Below are positions 21,002 to 30,012 of a stretch of 64,000 bases of DNA, piece by piece (the stretch's first letter is position 1; every line of letters begins with the position of its first letter). The position numbers were made by a program, and so were the translations under genes. The DNA comes from Candidatus Latescibacterota bacterium (GTDB lineage Bacteria; Latescibacterota; UBA2968; GCA-2709665). Where the stretch lies: positions 3,200,001-3,264,000 of the forward strand of contig OZ244937.1 in the NCBI GenBank assembly GCA_965222075.1. The letters are read 5' to 3'. Below the pieces are notes generated by a model, which was not told where the DNA came from, did no database searches, and was given only the letters and a program-made list of their open reading frames with translations.

Positions 21002-21151
21002 GGCTGCGGCTCCGGTGCGATCCCAAAAAAAATCGGGGGATAGTGAACATTTATGCCGGTTGGTCGGATGTGCTTCGAGGCCATGGTCATGTCTCCATTC
21101 ATAGATGGCGAACAGCAGACAGCGGCGATTTCGATTGACCGATGACACGGG

Positions 21152-21939
21152 TCACGGTGTTTCTTCAGGGGTGGTTCGCGAACCGCCCCTACCGTACGCG
21201 GAAACAACCTGGATGATCGAGGCGAGGCTGGTGCCTGAGAAGGGATTGGACCCCGTTTCGGGATCCGCGACCTCGGGCGGAAGGACGTCGTCTATGCGTC
21301 TCACCTCCGCCACCATGGACCCCATGCCGGGGCGCCAGGTGAAGGTTTCCGGCAATATTCCCTCGCCCGTGATCCTCACGCCGAACGTGTGAGCCTTTTC
21401 TTCGCTGAAATTCACGGCCCCACCGCCCGAACGTCCCGATGCGCCGTCAAGCAGCATCAATTTCCGCGCGTCGCGCCAGTTCCCGGTGCTGAGCCGGTAG
21501 ATGTAGACCCCCGCGCTCACGCCCCGACCGACTGCGTCCGTGCCGTCCCACTGCGCCCTGTGAAACCCGGCCGGGCGCTCTTCGTCGATCAGCGTGACCA
21601 CGCGCTGGCCCAGAATGTTGAACACGTCCAGGCGAACGTGTCCTCCCTCCGAGATCTCGAAGGGTATGAGGGTGGAGGGATTGAACGGATTGGGATGATT
21701 CTGCAGCAGCGCGTTGGGTCGCGCGAGGTCTCCAGGGGCAGCGAGAAGGCGCCGTTTTCGTCCGTGATGGTCGTCACCCGGGCGCGCGGATTGTCGAGCC
21801 TGTAAAGCACGACCCGCGCCCGATGGATTGGAAGGGACTTCGGATTCACGACCCGTCCCTCAAACGGCTGCCGTTCCGCGGCAACGGTGGACGCCAGACT
21901 CGTGAACGCAACCAATGAAAGAGACAGAATGCATTTCAT
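21152..21939 (-). pseudogene. Frameshifted, probably truncated secreted protein with internal FlgD-Ig-like domain
   Basis: Signal peptide, TTITDENGAF, shift near 21720, then LLQNHPNPFNP...VFNILGQ; ORF ends just past a REP. Confidence 0.75.
21167..21192 (-). repeat. GTAG-type REP (GTAGGGGCGGTTCGCGAACCGCCCC family)
   Basis: Copies at 27421, 32685 and 36132. Confidence 0.85.
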
Positions 21940-21991
21940 CGGGATTCTCCTTTTCGTGGGTCGGGCGATGCAATTCCTGGTTTCATGAGAG

Positions 21992-23242
21992 CTACTTGAG
22001 ATAGAGCATCCTCCGGGTGTGCACGCCGCCCGGGTGGTGCAGGCGGATGAAATACACCCCCGTGGCCACGCCCGCGCCGCGTCCGTCGCGGGCGTCCCAG
22101 CGCACCCGGTAGGCGCCGGCGGCCTGCACCTCGTCCACCAGTGTGCGTATGTGCTGCCCGAGGAGGTTGTAAATGTCCAGGCGCACCGGGCCGTCCGTGT
22201 CCAGACGATAGGGGATGACGGTGCTGGGGTTGAAGGGGTTGGGCACATTGGGCGCCAGACCCGGCGGCTCCGGCTCGGACGCGACCGCCACCCTGGACGT
22301 GTCCAGCCGTTCGCTGGACACCACCCGCGCGCCACCGCCCAGAGTCAGCTCCAGGACCTGGCGCCGGTCGCGGTTGAGGGGAATGCTGTGCCATCGGCCC
22401 ACGATCGTACCCGCGCCGTTGCGGGCGCGGGCTTTGTAATAGCCGCTGGCTCCGCGCGGCTCCAGGCTGGAGATGGTCAGTGCCAGGCGGCCTTCGCTGT
22501 CGGTGACCTCGCTCCAGGCGTAGTGGGTCCAGCGGCCGGCGATGGCGCGCGCGAACTCGACGGTCAGGCCTTCGACCGCGTCGCCCAGCACCGTGGCCTC
22601 CACCACGGTCGACGACGACGCTGGTGGGGCTCCGGCTCTTTGCAGCTCCCACACGACTCCAGCCGCCGGGTCCCCCGCTCCGGCGGCGAATCGGCTCCGC
22701 CCGGGCAGCAGGAACACCAGCCTGTCGCCGGACTCGTAAGCGTACAGGTCGTTGAACAGTTCCAGGAAGAGACCGTTCACGAAGGAAAGGACGAGCTTGT
22801 ATTCCTCCAGCGCCCTGGCGTCACCGGAGCGCTGGAGGATCTCTTCCAAATCCTCGCCGTCTGCGAACAGCCTCAGGAAGTGGGCATTGAACCGCAGGGT
22901 ATCGGATTGCATGCTGTAATATCCGAACCCCGCGGCAGCCTTCGATGAAGGGAGAGGACTGGGAGCGGGCGGGCCGGGCAGGAAATGAGGAAAGGAATAC
23001 CCCTCCGCTGCCTCGGTGATGATGGACAGCTTGTAGTAGTTGCCTGCGTACAGCTCCAGGGTGACGGAGGACTCCGTGGGTATGGGTTCACCCCCTTCTC
23101 CCGCCTGGGACAGGATGGTTCCGACGTCGAACTTCAAACTGTTCCACACCAGCTCCCAGGTATCGAGAGGCCGGGGGTCGCCGGAGCCGGCCCACAGCGA
23201 AAGGGGATACATCACGGCAAGAGCGAGTATCAGTGGTTTCAT
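21992..23242 (-). CDS. Secreted protein with FlgD-Ig-like CTD
   Basis: Signal peptide, AGGAG RBS, APNVPNPFNPST...YNLLGQ CTD. Confidence 0.85.
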   Translation of the reverse strand: MKPLILALAVMYPLSLWAGSGDPRPLDTWELVWNSLKFDVGTILSQAGEGGEPIPTESSVTLELYAGNYYKLSIITEAAEGYSFPHFLPGPPAPSPLPSSKAAAGFGYYSMQSDTLRFNAHFLRLFADGEDLEEILQRSGDARALEEYKLVLSFVNGLFLELFNDLYAYESGDRLVFLLPGRSRFAAGAGDPAAGVVWELQRAGAPPASSSTVVEATVLGDAVEGLTVEFARAIAGRWTHYAWSEVTDSEGRLALTISSLEPRGASGYYKARARNGAGTIVGRWHSIPLNRDRRQVLELTLGGGARVVSSERLDTSRVAVASEPEPPGLAPNVPNPFNPSTVIPYRLDTDGPVRLDIYNLLGQHIRTLVDEVQAAGAYRVRWDARDGRGAGVATGVYFIRLHHPGGVHTRRMLYLK

Positions 23243-23253
23243 TTTAACTCCTG

Positions 23254-26200
23254 CTATTCGTCGTCGTCGATGACCACGTACACATTCGCCACTGACGCGT
23301 CGTAGCCCCCGCCGCTGGCCGTGTGGGTCACCCTCACCCAGTAGTTCAGGGCGTCGTCGTCCTGGTCGGCCGCAAGCGTCACCGTCTGCGCGTCGTTCCA
23401 GTTTTCCGTGGTGAACGAGAGATTTTCGGGACTGACCGAAAGCTTGCTTGAAGAGCTCGCGATCGCAACGGTCACCGCGGCCGTGGGCTGGCTCCCCAGG
23501 GCCACGGTGTAGGTGGCGTTCTCCCCCTCGGTGACCGTGAGCTCCGTCGCACTCAGCGTCAGATCCGGGGTGGTGTCCTCCTCCCCGGAGTCGGCCACCG
23601 TGGACCGGTTGGCGACCGCCTGGGACGGGAAGTTCTGCAGGGCATTGCCCGCTTCGTCGATGAAAATGCCGACGGCGTCGCGGGCGAAGATGTTGTCGTA
23701 AGCCACGGCGACCTCCTGACCCCGGCTCACCGGCTCTCGCAAGGTGAAGATGAGGTTGGTCCAGGAAATGCCGGCGGTGAAGGGGATCACCTCGTCGCCG
23801 TCCACGGTCACGCCGACCACCGCAATGAAGAACCGGGCCAGGCCCACGTTGACGAGCCTGGCGATCGAGCGCAGCAGCGCCGGTACGGTGATCCTTTCGC
23901 TGAAGGTGAGGACGACCTGCCCGCCGTCCGTGGAGGTCGCGGCGCTGACGAAGACCGGCGCCGTCACGTCCGGAGGGTTCACCTTGTGGCCGGGGTTGGC
24001 GGGCACCGCGTCGTGGGTCACGTCGGCCCTGTTCCCCGGCACGCCCGTGTCCCAGATGGACGCGCGGTCCAGGCTCAGCTTGTTCGCGCCGATGGCGATG
24101 CCGTCGGCGTCCACGTCGGCTGTTCTCACCCTGTAGCTGAAGACCGCCGTTGTGGCCGTTCCGCCGCGGTACGTCGCCCTTTTGGCCACGCCGTCGAAGT
24201 CCAGCTCCAGTTGCGGCCTTCCGGTCACCTGCACCTCCTCGCTGAAGGTCACCGTCACGTCGATCAGGTTGCCGGAGGCGTAGGCGTTGTCCCGCCCCGG
24301 GTCGCTGGTGAAGGCGATCGACACGATGGTCGCCGCAGTCCCGTCCTCGTCGGGGTCCGGCGGGGGTTCCGGCGCCGGAACCGCCGCCCCTTGCAGCCCC
24401 CCCGATCCCCGCGTGAGGATCAGGCCGGCGCCGGTGCGGATGTCGAGGCCCTCGTAGTCTTCCGGGTCGCGTTGGAAAGCGGCTGACGCCACGGTGATCG
24501 TGCCCCGCGCCGACCTGCCGTCGCGCAGCGTCACGGCGATCGCCCCGCTGGTCGTGGCGCCGGCCGGGATGGTTGCCGCCGTACTTGCCAGATTGGCGCC
24601 CTCCGCCGACAGCGTCACGTTCATGGGGAAGGGCGCGCCTTCCGCGACCCTCACCGCGACGCCCCCGCCCTCCAGCAGCAGCCCGGGGATCAGGGTGACG
24701 CCGTCCAGATGCACCCGGGTCAGCTTCGAGAGGCCCTCGAACGCGCCCTCGGGCAGGGCGGTCAGCTTGTTGCCTTTCAGGTTCAACCTCTTCAGGTCCC
24801 GCGTACCGTCGAAGACGCCGTCGGGCAGGGACGTAAGGTCATTGTCGCCCAGGTCCAGGTCTTGCAGAGCGGCGAGACGGTCGAACGCGCCAACGGGCAC
24901 GGCGGTCAGCTCGTTGTTCGTGAGATACAGATGCAGGAGGCCGCGGAGGTCGTCGAAGACGCCGCCGGGCAGGGACGTAAGGTCGTTGCTGCCCAGGTAC
25001 AGGTATTCCAGGGTGCCGACGTCGTCGAAGACGCCGTCGGGCAGCGAGGTCAGGTCGTTGTTCTCCAGGTTGATTGTCCTCAGTCGCTCGAAATCTTCGA
25101 AGGCGTCGTCCGGCAGTGAGCTCAGGTCGTTGAACCCCAGGTCCAGGCCCGTGAGGTTGGCGTCGAGGTCGTCCAGCGCCTCACCTGGAAACGCGGTGAA
25201 TTCGTTCCCGCCCATATTGATCCACAGCGGCCCGGTAAGGCCTCTGAAGGCGCCGTCGGGCAGGGAGCTCAGGCCGTTGGTCTGCAGGGACAGCTCCCGC
25301 ACCGCGGAAAGGCCGTCGAACACGCCGGCCGGGAGGGTGCTCAGTCTGTTCCCGGACAGTTTCAGGAATTCCAGCCCGTTCAACCCGGAGAAGTCCCCGG
25401 CCTTGAGGGAAGAGATGCCCCTGCCGTGGAGATTCATCTCGCCATCGATGTTCCGGAGGTTGTAGGCGGTGACGTCAGCGCAGTTATTGATCCCGGGCAG
25501 CCTGGCGAGAATCGCGTTGCGCACCCTGGAGGTGCGGCTGCAGACGGGCAGGGTTGCCGCCGTCGCCGCGTCGCTCGTTTCCCCCCCCGTGCTCACGGCC
25601 CTTACCTGGAAGGTATACGCCACGCCTGCGCGCAGCCCCGTCACCGTCACGCCCGCCGCGTTGGCGCCGCCGGGCGCGCTGTCTTCGATCCGCGTCCACG
25701 TTGAGGGATAGCTCCCCCCCGTCCTGTAGCGGTACTCGTGGCGCCTGACGTCGGCCGTTGCCGCCGGCGCGCGCCAGCTCAGCGTTGCCGCCGCGTTACC
25801 CAACGTCGCCGTCAGATTCGCCGGCGTCCCGAACGGGGCGTCGGCGTCGTCCACCGGTACGTTGTCCGCCGGTTCGTCGTTCGCGGGTATGGTGATCCGC
25901 GCCCGGGCGCGCCCGATGACCGCATGGGTCGGGCCGTGGAGTTCCAGGAAGAAGTACTCCTCGTCCTCCGGCGCATCGTCATTCGTGACGTCGAAGTTGA
26001 TCCATGCCGTCGTCTGTCCGGCCCCGATCGTGACCATCGGCTGTCCATCGTGACCGTAGTCGCTCCCGGTGGCGGTCCCTCCCGTGCCCCGGAAAGAGAC
26101 GGACACCGCCCGCGTGCTCGTTTCCGACAGCGTCACCGAAACGTCGAAATTGCTCCCCTCGCGCTCCGTGCGGTCGGCGCCGATATCGAGCACCCGATCG

Positions 26201-27351
26201 GGTATCGCTTCCGTGCGCCGCTTGCCGTAGACCCTCATCTTCAGCGCCCGGGTATTCGAGTTCCACGACGCGCCGTCCGTGGATTTGTAGACCTCGTTTC
26301 TGATCCACCATTCGTCCTGGCCGTCCTGGCCGTCGTCGCGGGTGCGCCGGATATATACCCACGCTCCGGTCGTCCGGCGAAAGACGAACGCGTATTGCGC
26401 GTCGCGCTTGAGCGTCGATCCTTCCGGCGCGACGAACTCGTTGAGGTCTATGCCTTCTCTGAACACGGTGGGACTCACGAAGTCAAACAGCTTTCGGTCC
26501 GGAAGCCGTTCGCCGCCGACCGTTCTGGTCGTATACAGAGACGCGGTCACGTGATCGCCGTCCGTGGGAATACCCCGACCCGATTTTTTTTCCAACGCCA
26601 ATGCGATGCTGTGCAGGTCGTAGCCTTCGTTGTCGTGTCCCGTGGTGAAGACCTGCGCCAGCCAGTTGACGCTGGAATTGTCTCCCACCACGTGGTATCC
26701 ATCCGTACTCTCGCCGGTGTTGTAGACCAGACGGTCCAGCTCGTAGCCCTTGATCGCGATCATCGGGACTCTGCTGAGCGTGGTGACGTCGTCCGGCCAG
26801 GCCCCTGAACCGGCGTATCGCAACGTCTGGTTTGCGATCCACCAATCGTTATCGATGCGGTCGCTCTGTCCGTCCGAGTCCGTGGTGGCGAACCACCACT
26901 GCGTGCTCTCGTCGCCGGCCTGGAATCCGGGGGCTCTGCCGACGATGAAATAGGTCCAGCCGTCGTTCAGATAAAAAGGCCGTGGCAGGGTAAACGCGTT
27001 GTCTCCTTCGGTGATGCGGTCCGGATTGTCAAAGACCAGCAGCTTTGCATAGGGTCGATCACCGTTGCTCTCCGGATAACCGGAGGACCAGAGCTCGAGC
27101 CGGACTTCGTCCCCGGTCCCCTGGTCCTGATGAAATTTGACATCGAGCCCGGTAAGCGCGTAGCCGCCATTGTCGTCGCCGGTGCCGAAACGGATGGCGG
27201 CCATCGATTCGCCGGCGACAAGGCGGGCGCCGGGACCGGTCTTCCGGGTCTTGTCGATGTTGGAGACCAGAAGGATGGGGTCCTGCTGCGCTTCCGCGTT
27301 CGTCAAAACGACAAACGTGAGCAGGATTGGCACAACGAAAAACCTGGACAT
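23254..27351 (-). CDS. Large secreted protein: N-terminal beta domains, Calx-beta, Fn3, LRR array, SwmB-like and Ig-like domains
   Basis: AGGAGG RBS, signal peptide MSRFF..AEA, EDEEYFFLEL, LRRs, TAPVFVSAATSTDG; no PNPFNP CTD. Confidence 0.88.
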   Translation of the reverse strand: MSRFFVVPILLTFVVLTNAEAQQDPILLVSNIDKTRKTGPGARLVAGESMAAIRFGTGDDNGGYALTGLDVKFHQDQGTGDEVRLELWSSGYPESNGDRPYAKLLVFDNPDRITEGDNAFTLPRPFYLNDGWTYFIVGRAPGFQAGDESTQWWFATTDSDGQSDRIDNDWWIANQTLRYAGSGAWPDDVTTLSRVPMIAIKGYELDRLVYNTGESTDGYHVVGDNSSVNWLAQVFTTGHDNEGYDLHSIALALEKKSGRGIPTDGDHVTASLYTTRTVGGERLPDRKLFDFVSPTVFREGIDLNEFVAPEGSTLKRDAQYAFVFRRTTGAWVYIRRTRDDGQDGQDEWWIRNEVYKSTDGASWNSNTRALKMRVYGKRRTEAIPDRVLDIGADRTEREGSNFDVSVTLSETSTRAVSVSFRGTGGTATGSDYGHDGQPMVTIGAGQTTAWINFDVTNDDAPEDEEYFFLELHGPTHAVIGRARARITIPANDEPADNVPVDDADAPFGTPANLTATLGNAAATLSWRAPAATADVRRHEYRYRTGGSYPSTWTRIEDSAPGGANAAGVTVTGLRAGVAYTFQVRAVSTGGETSDAATAATLPVCSRTSRVRNAILARLPGINNCADVTAYNLRNIDGEMNLHGRGISSLKAGDFSGLNGLEFLKLSGNRLSTLPAGVFDGLSAVRELSLQTNGLSSLPDGAFRGLTGPLWINMGGNEFTAFPGEALDDLDANLTGLDLGFNDLSSLPDDAFEDFERLRTINLENNDLTSLPDGVFDDVGTLEYLYLGSNDLTSLPGGVFDDLRGLLHLYLTNNELTAVPVGAFDRLAALQDLDLGDNDLTSLPDGVFDGTRDLKRLNLKGNKLTALPEGAFEGLSKLTRVHLDGVTLIPGLLLEGGGVAVRVAEGAPFPMNVTLSAEGANLASTAATIPAGATTSGAIAVTLRDGRSARGTITVASAAFQRDPEDYEGLDIRTGAGLILTRGSGGLQGAAVPAPEPPPDPDEDGTAATIVSIAFTSDPGRDNAYASGNLIDVTVTFSEEVQVTGRPQLELDFDGVAKRATYRGGTATTAVFSYRVRTADVDADGIAIGANKLSLDRASIWDTGVPGNRADVTHDAVPANPGHKVNPPDVTAPVFVSAATSTDGGQVVLTFSERITVPALLRSIARLVNVGLARFFIAVVGVTVDGDEVIPFTAGISWTNLIFTLREPVSRGQEVAVAYDNIFARDAVGIFIDEAGNALQNFPSQAVANRSTVADSGEEDTTPDLTLSATELTVTEGENATYTVALGSQPTAAVTVAIASSSSKLSVSPENLSFTTENWNDAQTVTLAADQDDDALNYWVRVTHTASGGGYDASVANVYVVIDDDE

Positions 27352-27420
27352 AATATTCTTCCTCCTTATCCGATTGCCGGTTTTGACCAACTCGCAAGCA
27401 CGGTGGTCACGGTGTTTTGC

Positions 27421-27446
27421 AGGAGCGGTTCCCGAACCGCCCCTAC
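27421..27446 (-). repeat. GTAG-type REP supplying the bEBP stop codon
   Basis: AGGAGCGGTTCCCGAACCGCCCCTAC. Confidence 0.8.
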
Positions 27447-29326
27447 ACCTGGCCGAGGTTGTATTTTTTCAACTTCCGGTGCAGGGTCGATCGGTTGATG
27501 CCCAGCGCGCCCGCGGCCTCCTTCACGTTGTTCCCCTTGGCTTCGAGGGCGCGCAGCAGGGCCTGTCGCTCGACCTCCGCCAGCGGCAGGACCACCGCCG
27601 GACGATCGGTTGCGGAAGCGAGGACCGGCGACAACTGGGGCGGCAGGCTGCCCGCCTGCAGCACGGCGTCCGTCTCCAGCAGCACGGCGCGCTCGATGGC
27701 GTTCTCCAGTTCGCGCACGTTGCCCGGCCAGTCGTACTGGAGCAGCAGGCGCAGGGCGGCGGTGGAGATGCCGTCTATGGACTTGCCGGCGCGTGCGGCG
27801 CATTTCTTCAGGAAATGTTCGGCGAGCAGGGGAATATCCTCTCGCCGCTCTCTCAGCGGCGGAATCAGGATGGGGAAGGCCGCGACGCGATAGAACAGGT
27901 CTTCGCGGAGCGCGCCCTCCCTTACGGCGCGCTCGAGGTCCTTGTTGGTCGCCGTTATCACCCGGATGCCGACGGATATCGGGGTGGTTCCTCCGATCCG
28001 CTGGACTTCCCGCTCCTGCAGGACCCGCAGCAGCTTCCCCTGCAGGACATACGGCAGGTCGCCGATCTCGTCGATGAAAATGGTGCCCCCATCGGCGCGC
28101 TCGAAAGCTCCGATTCTCCGCTGCGTCGCCCCTGTGAAGGCCCCTCGTTCATGTCCGAACAGCTCGCTTTCGATGAGCGTTGCGGGGATGGCGACGCAAT
28201 CGAGGGCAACGAACGGCCCCTTCTTTCGCGAACTGTTGAAGTGAAACGACTTGGCCACCAACTCCTTGCCGGTGCCGCTTTCGCCCCGGATAAGCACTGT
28301 GATATCGCTTTCAGCGGCCTGTTTCATCAGCGCGTATACCCGCTGCATTCCGGGGCTGGCGCCCACCATGCCGGCAAACGAGTAGGTCGTCTCCAGTGCG
28401 GTGCGCAGACGCAGCACCTCGGCCTTCATCTGCTCGGCCTCGATCTCCTTGGACACGTCCCGGTACACGACGAGGCCGCCGATCGTCTCTCCGCGCCCGT
28501 CGCGCACCGGCGCGGTGGAGCGGTAGAACAGCCGCTGCTCCGGCACCTTCCCGGCGCCGGTCGTCTCCACCACGTTGCCGCCGTCGAGGAGAAATCTTCC
28601 CTCCAGGTCGCCGAGATCGGGTTCCCGGAACCGCGCTTCCAGGCGCGCCTTCAGATCCCGCGCCGACGCTTTCTTGAGTTCGCTCTCCTTCAGACCCATC
28701 AGCTTCTCGTACACCTGGTTGGCGAAGACCAGGCGTCCGGAGACGTCGTGCATCGCAATGGCATCTCCGGTGGCATTGAGCACGGCTTCCAGTCTTCGAT
28801 GACCGATGGCGAGTTGCCGCCGTTTTTGCGCCAGATCCCGCTCGATGTTCCACTTCCCCACCAGGGAAAGGGTGATCTGCTGTATCTCCTCGTGCGTGAA
28901 AGGTTTCCTGATATAGAGCAGCTTGTGCAGCAACTCCATGTTGTGGACGATCTCGGGCAGCGACCTGTCTGTGTACGCCGTCATGATGACAATCTCGATG
29001 TCGCGATCGATTTCTCTCACCCGGCGGATCGTCTCGATGCCATCAATGCCCGGAGGCATTCGGATATCGATATAGGCCGCGGCGACGGGGTGGTTCGATT
29101 TCCTTCCTGCCTGGATGATTTCGCATGCTTCCACCCCGTTGCTCGCGTGCAGCAACTCGAACTCGGGGAGAAAGCTCACCTCTTTCTCGCTTAAGAACGC
29201 CGCCGCCAGATCGTCCGCCGACGGCTTCGCCATATTTGGCCTCAACATCTCCGCAAAGTCGTCGTGAATCTCAGGCTGATCATCCACGATCAGCACACGG
29301 TTGTTTTCGTAATTTTCGGTTTTCAT
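27443..29326 (-). CDS. Sigma-54-dependent activator (REC-PAS-AAA+-Fis HTH)
   Basis: LIVDD, GESGTGKE, GAFTGA, WPGNVREL, HTH. Confidence 0.95.
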   Translation of the reverse strand: MKTENYENNRVLIVDDQPEIHDDFAEMLRPNMAKPSADDLAAAFLSEKEVSFLPEFELLHASNGVEACEIIQAGRKSNHPVAAAYIDIRMPPGIDGIETIRRVREIDRDIEIVIMTAYTDRSLPEIVHNMELLHKLLYIRKPFTHEEIQQITLSLVGKWNIERDLAQKRRQLAIGHRRLEAVLNATGDAIAMHDVSGRLVFANQVYEKLMGLKESELKKASARDLKARLEARFREPDLGDLEGRFLLDGGNVVETTGAGKVPEQRLFYRSTAPVRDGRGETIGGLVVYRDVSKEIEAEQMKAEVLRLRTALETTYSFAGMVGASPGMQRVYALMKQAAESDITVLIRGESGTGKELVAKSFHFNSSRKKGPFVALDCVAIPATLIESELFGHERGAFTGATQRRIGAFERADGGTIFIDEIGDLPYVLQGKLLRVLQEREVQRIGGTTPISVGIRVITATNKDLERAVREGALREDLFYRVAAFPILIPPLRERREDIPLLAEHFLKKCAARAGKSIDGISTAALRLLLQYDWPGNVRELENAIERAVLLETDAVLQAGSLPPQLSPVLASATDRPAVVLPLAEVERQALLRALEAKGNNVKEAAGALGINRSTLHRKLKKYNLGQV

Positions 29327-29495
29327 CGACTATTTTCCATTTCATGTGGTTGACAGACTGGTCGCCCTGCGCTCATTTGGGGTTCGGCCGAGGAAAGCGG
29401 CAGCATGACGCGTATGGTCGTTCCCTTGCCGATGTCCTTGCGGTCCACACTGGCGCTGTTCAGTGCCTTCTGCGTGCGGATGATATCGGCGATGG
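29323..29495 (-). pseudogene. Internally deleted histidine kinase remnant
   Basis: IADIIRTQKAL..DRKD joined to GKGTTIRVMLPLSS; both match the kinase at 30013-32541. Confidence 0.75.
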
Positions 29496-29568
29496 CAATG
29501 CAATGTCGGCGTATTCCTCGAATAACCGCCTCGCCAGCGGGGAACTCTGGTAATTTCCAAACAGACAA

Positions 29569-29584
29569 CGCAAAATTCGTGCCA
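29569..29584 (-). promoter_or_regulatory. Sigma-54 (-24/-12) promoter
   Basis: TGGCACGAATTTTGCG matches TGGCACG-N4-TTGC. Confidence 0.85.
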
Positions 29585-29659
29585 CCTTTCCAATTAAACA
29601 CCTAACTGATTGTGTATAAGGGAGTTAGAATATATGCAACGACGGGGGAATTTCTCGGC

Positions 29660-29825
29660 GTGTTGCAAAATGCTCCATGGCAAGCCGCCGGAACGGCCGC
29701 GTTTCCACCGTAACAGGAGCTATAAATGGATGTTTATGAAGGACTTATGGGAAATATACGAGAGGGAAGTAGAGGATTTGGTGCAATTTGCAACGGAAGG
29801 CGCGTTTTGCAACACGTTTGCAGCG
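29660..29825. promoter_or_regulatory. Candidate bEBP upstream activating sequences
   Basis: TGTTGCAAAATGCTCCA, GTGCAATTTGCAAC and GTTTTGCAACAC about 80-240 bp upstream of the sigma-54 site. Confidence 0.5.
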
Positions 29826-30012
29826 GCACGCCGGATTCGGGAGCCCCTTGCGAGGCGTATGGAACCTGCATCGGTCCGACGGTGCCCGTGGGAGGGCGAG
29901 ACCTGCCGGCGTCCGCGTTACAGCCAGACGCCCGCGGTTCGATCCGGCGGCTTTTTTCGGGCGCGGACGTTCAGTCTCGAAAGGCCGACAAGACGCGGAT
30001 CGAACCGTTTTG

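Noticed and set aside
13701-22270. Repeated modules as DGR template/variable regions
   Set aside because: No reverse transcriptase in the window and no evident adenine-specific differences.
27391-27420. Second sigma-54 promoter before the 27351 gene
   Set aside because: GG-N10-GC spacing is not met on either strand.
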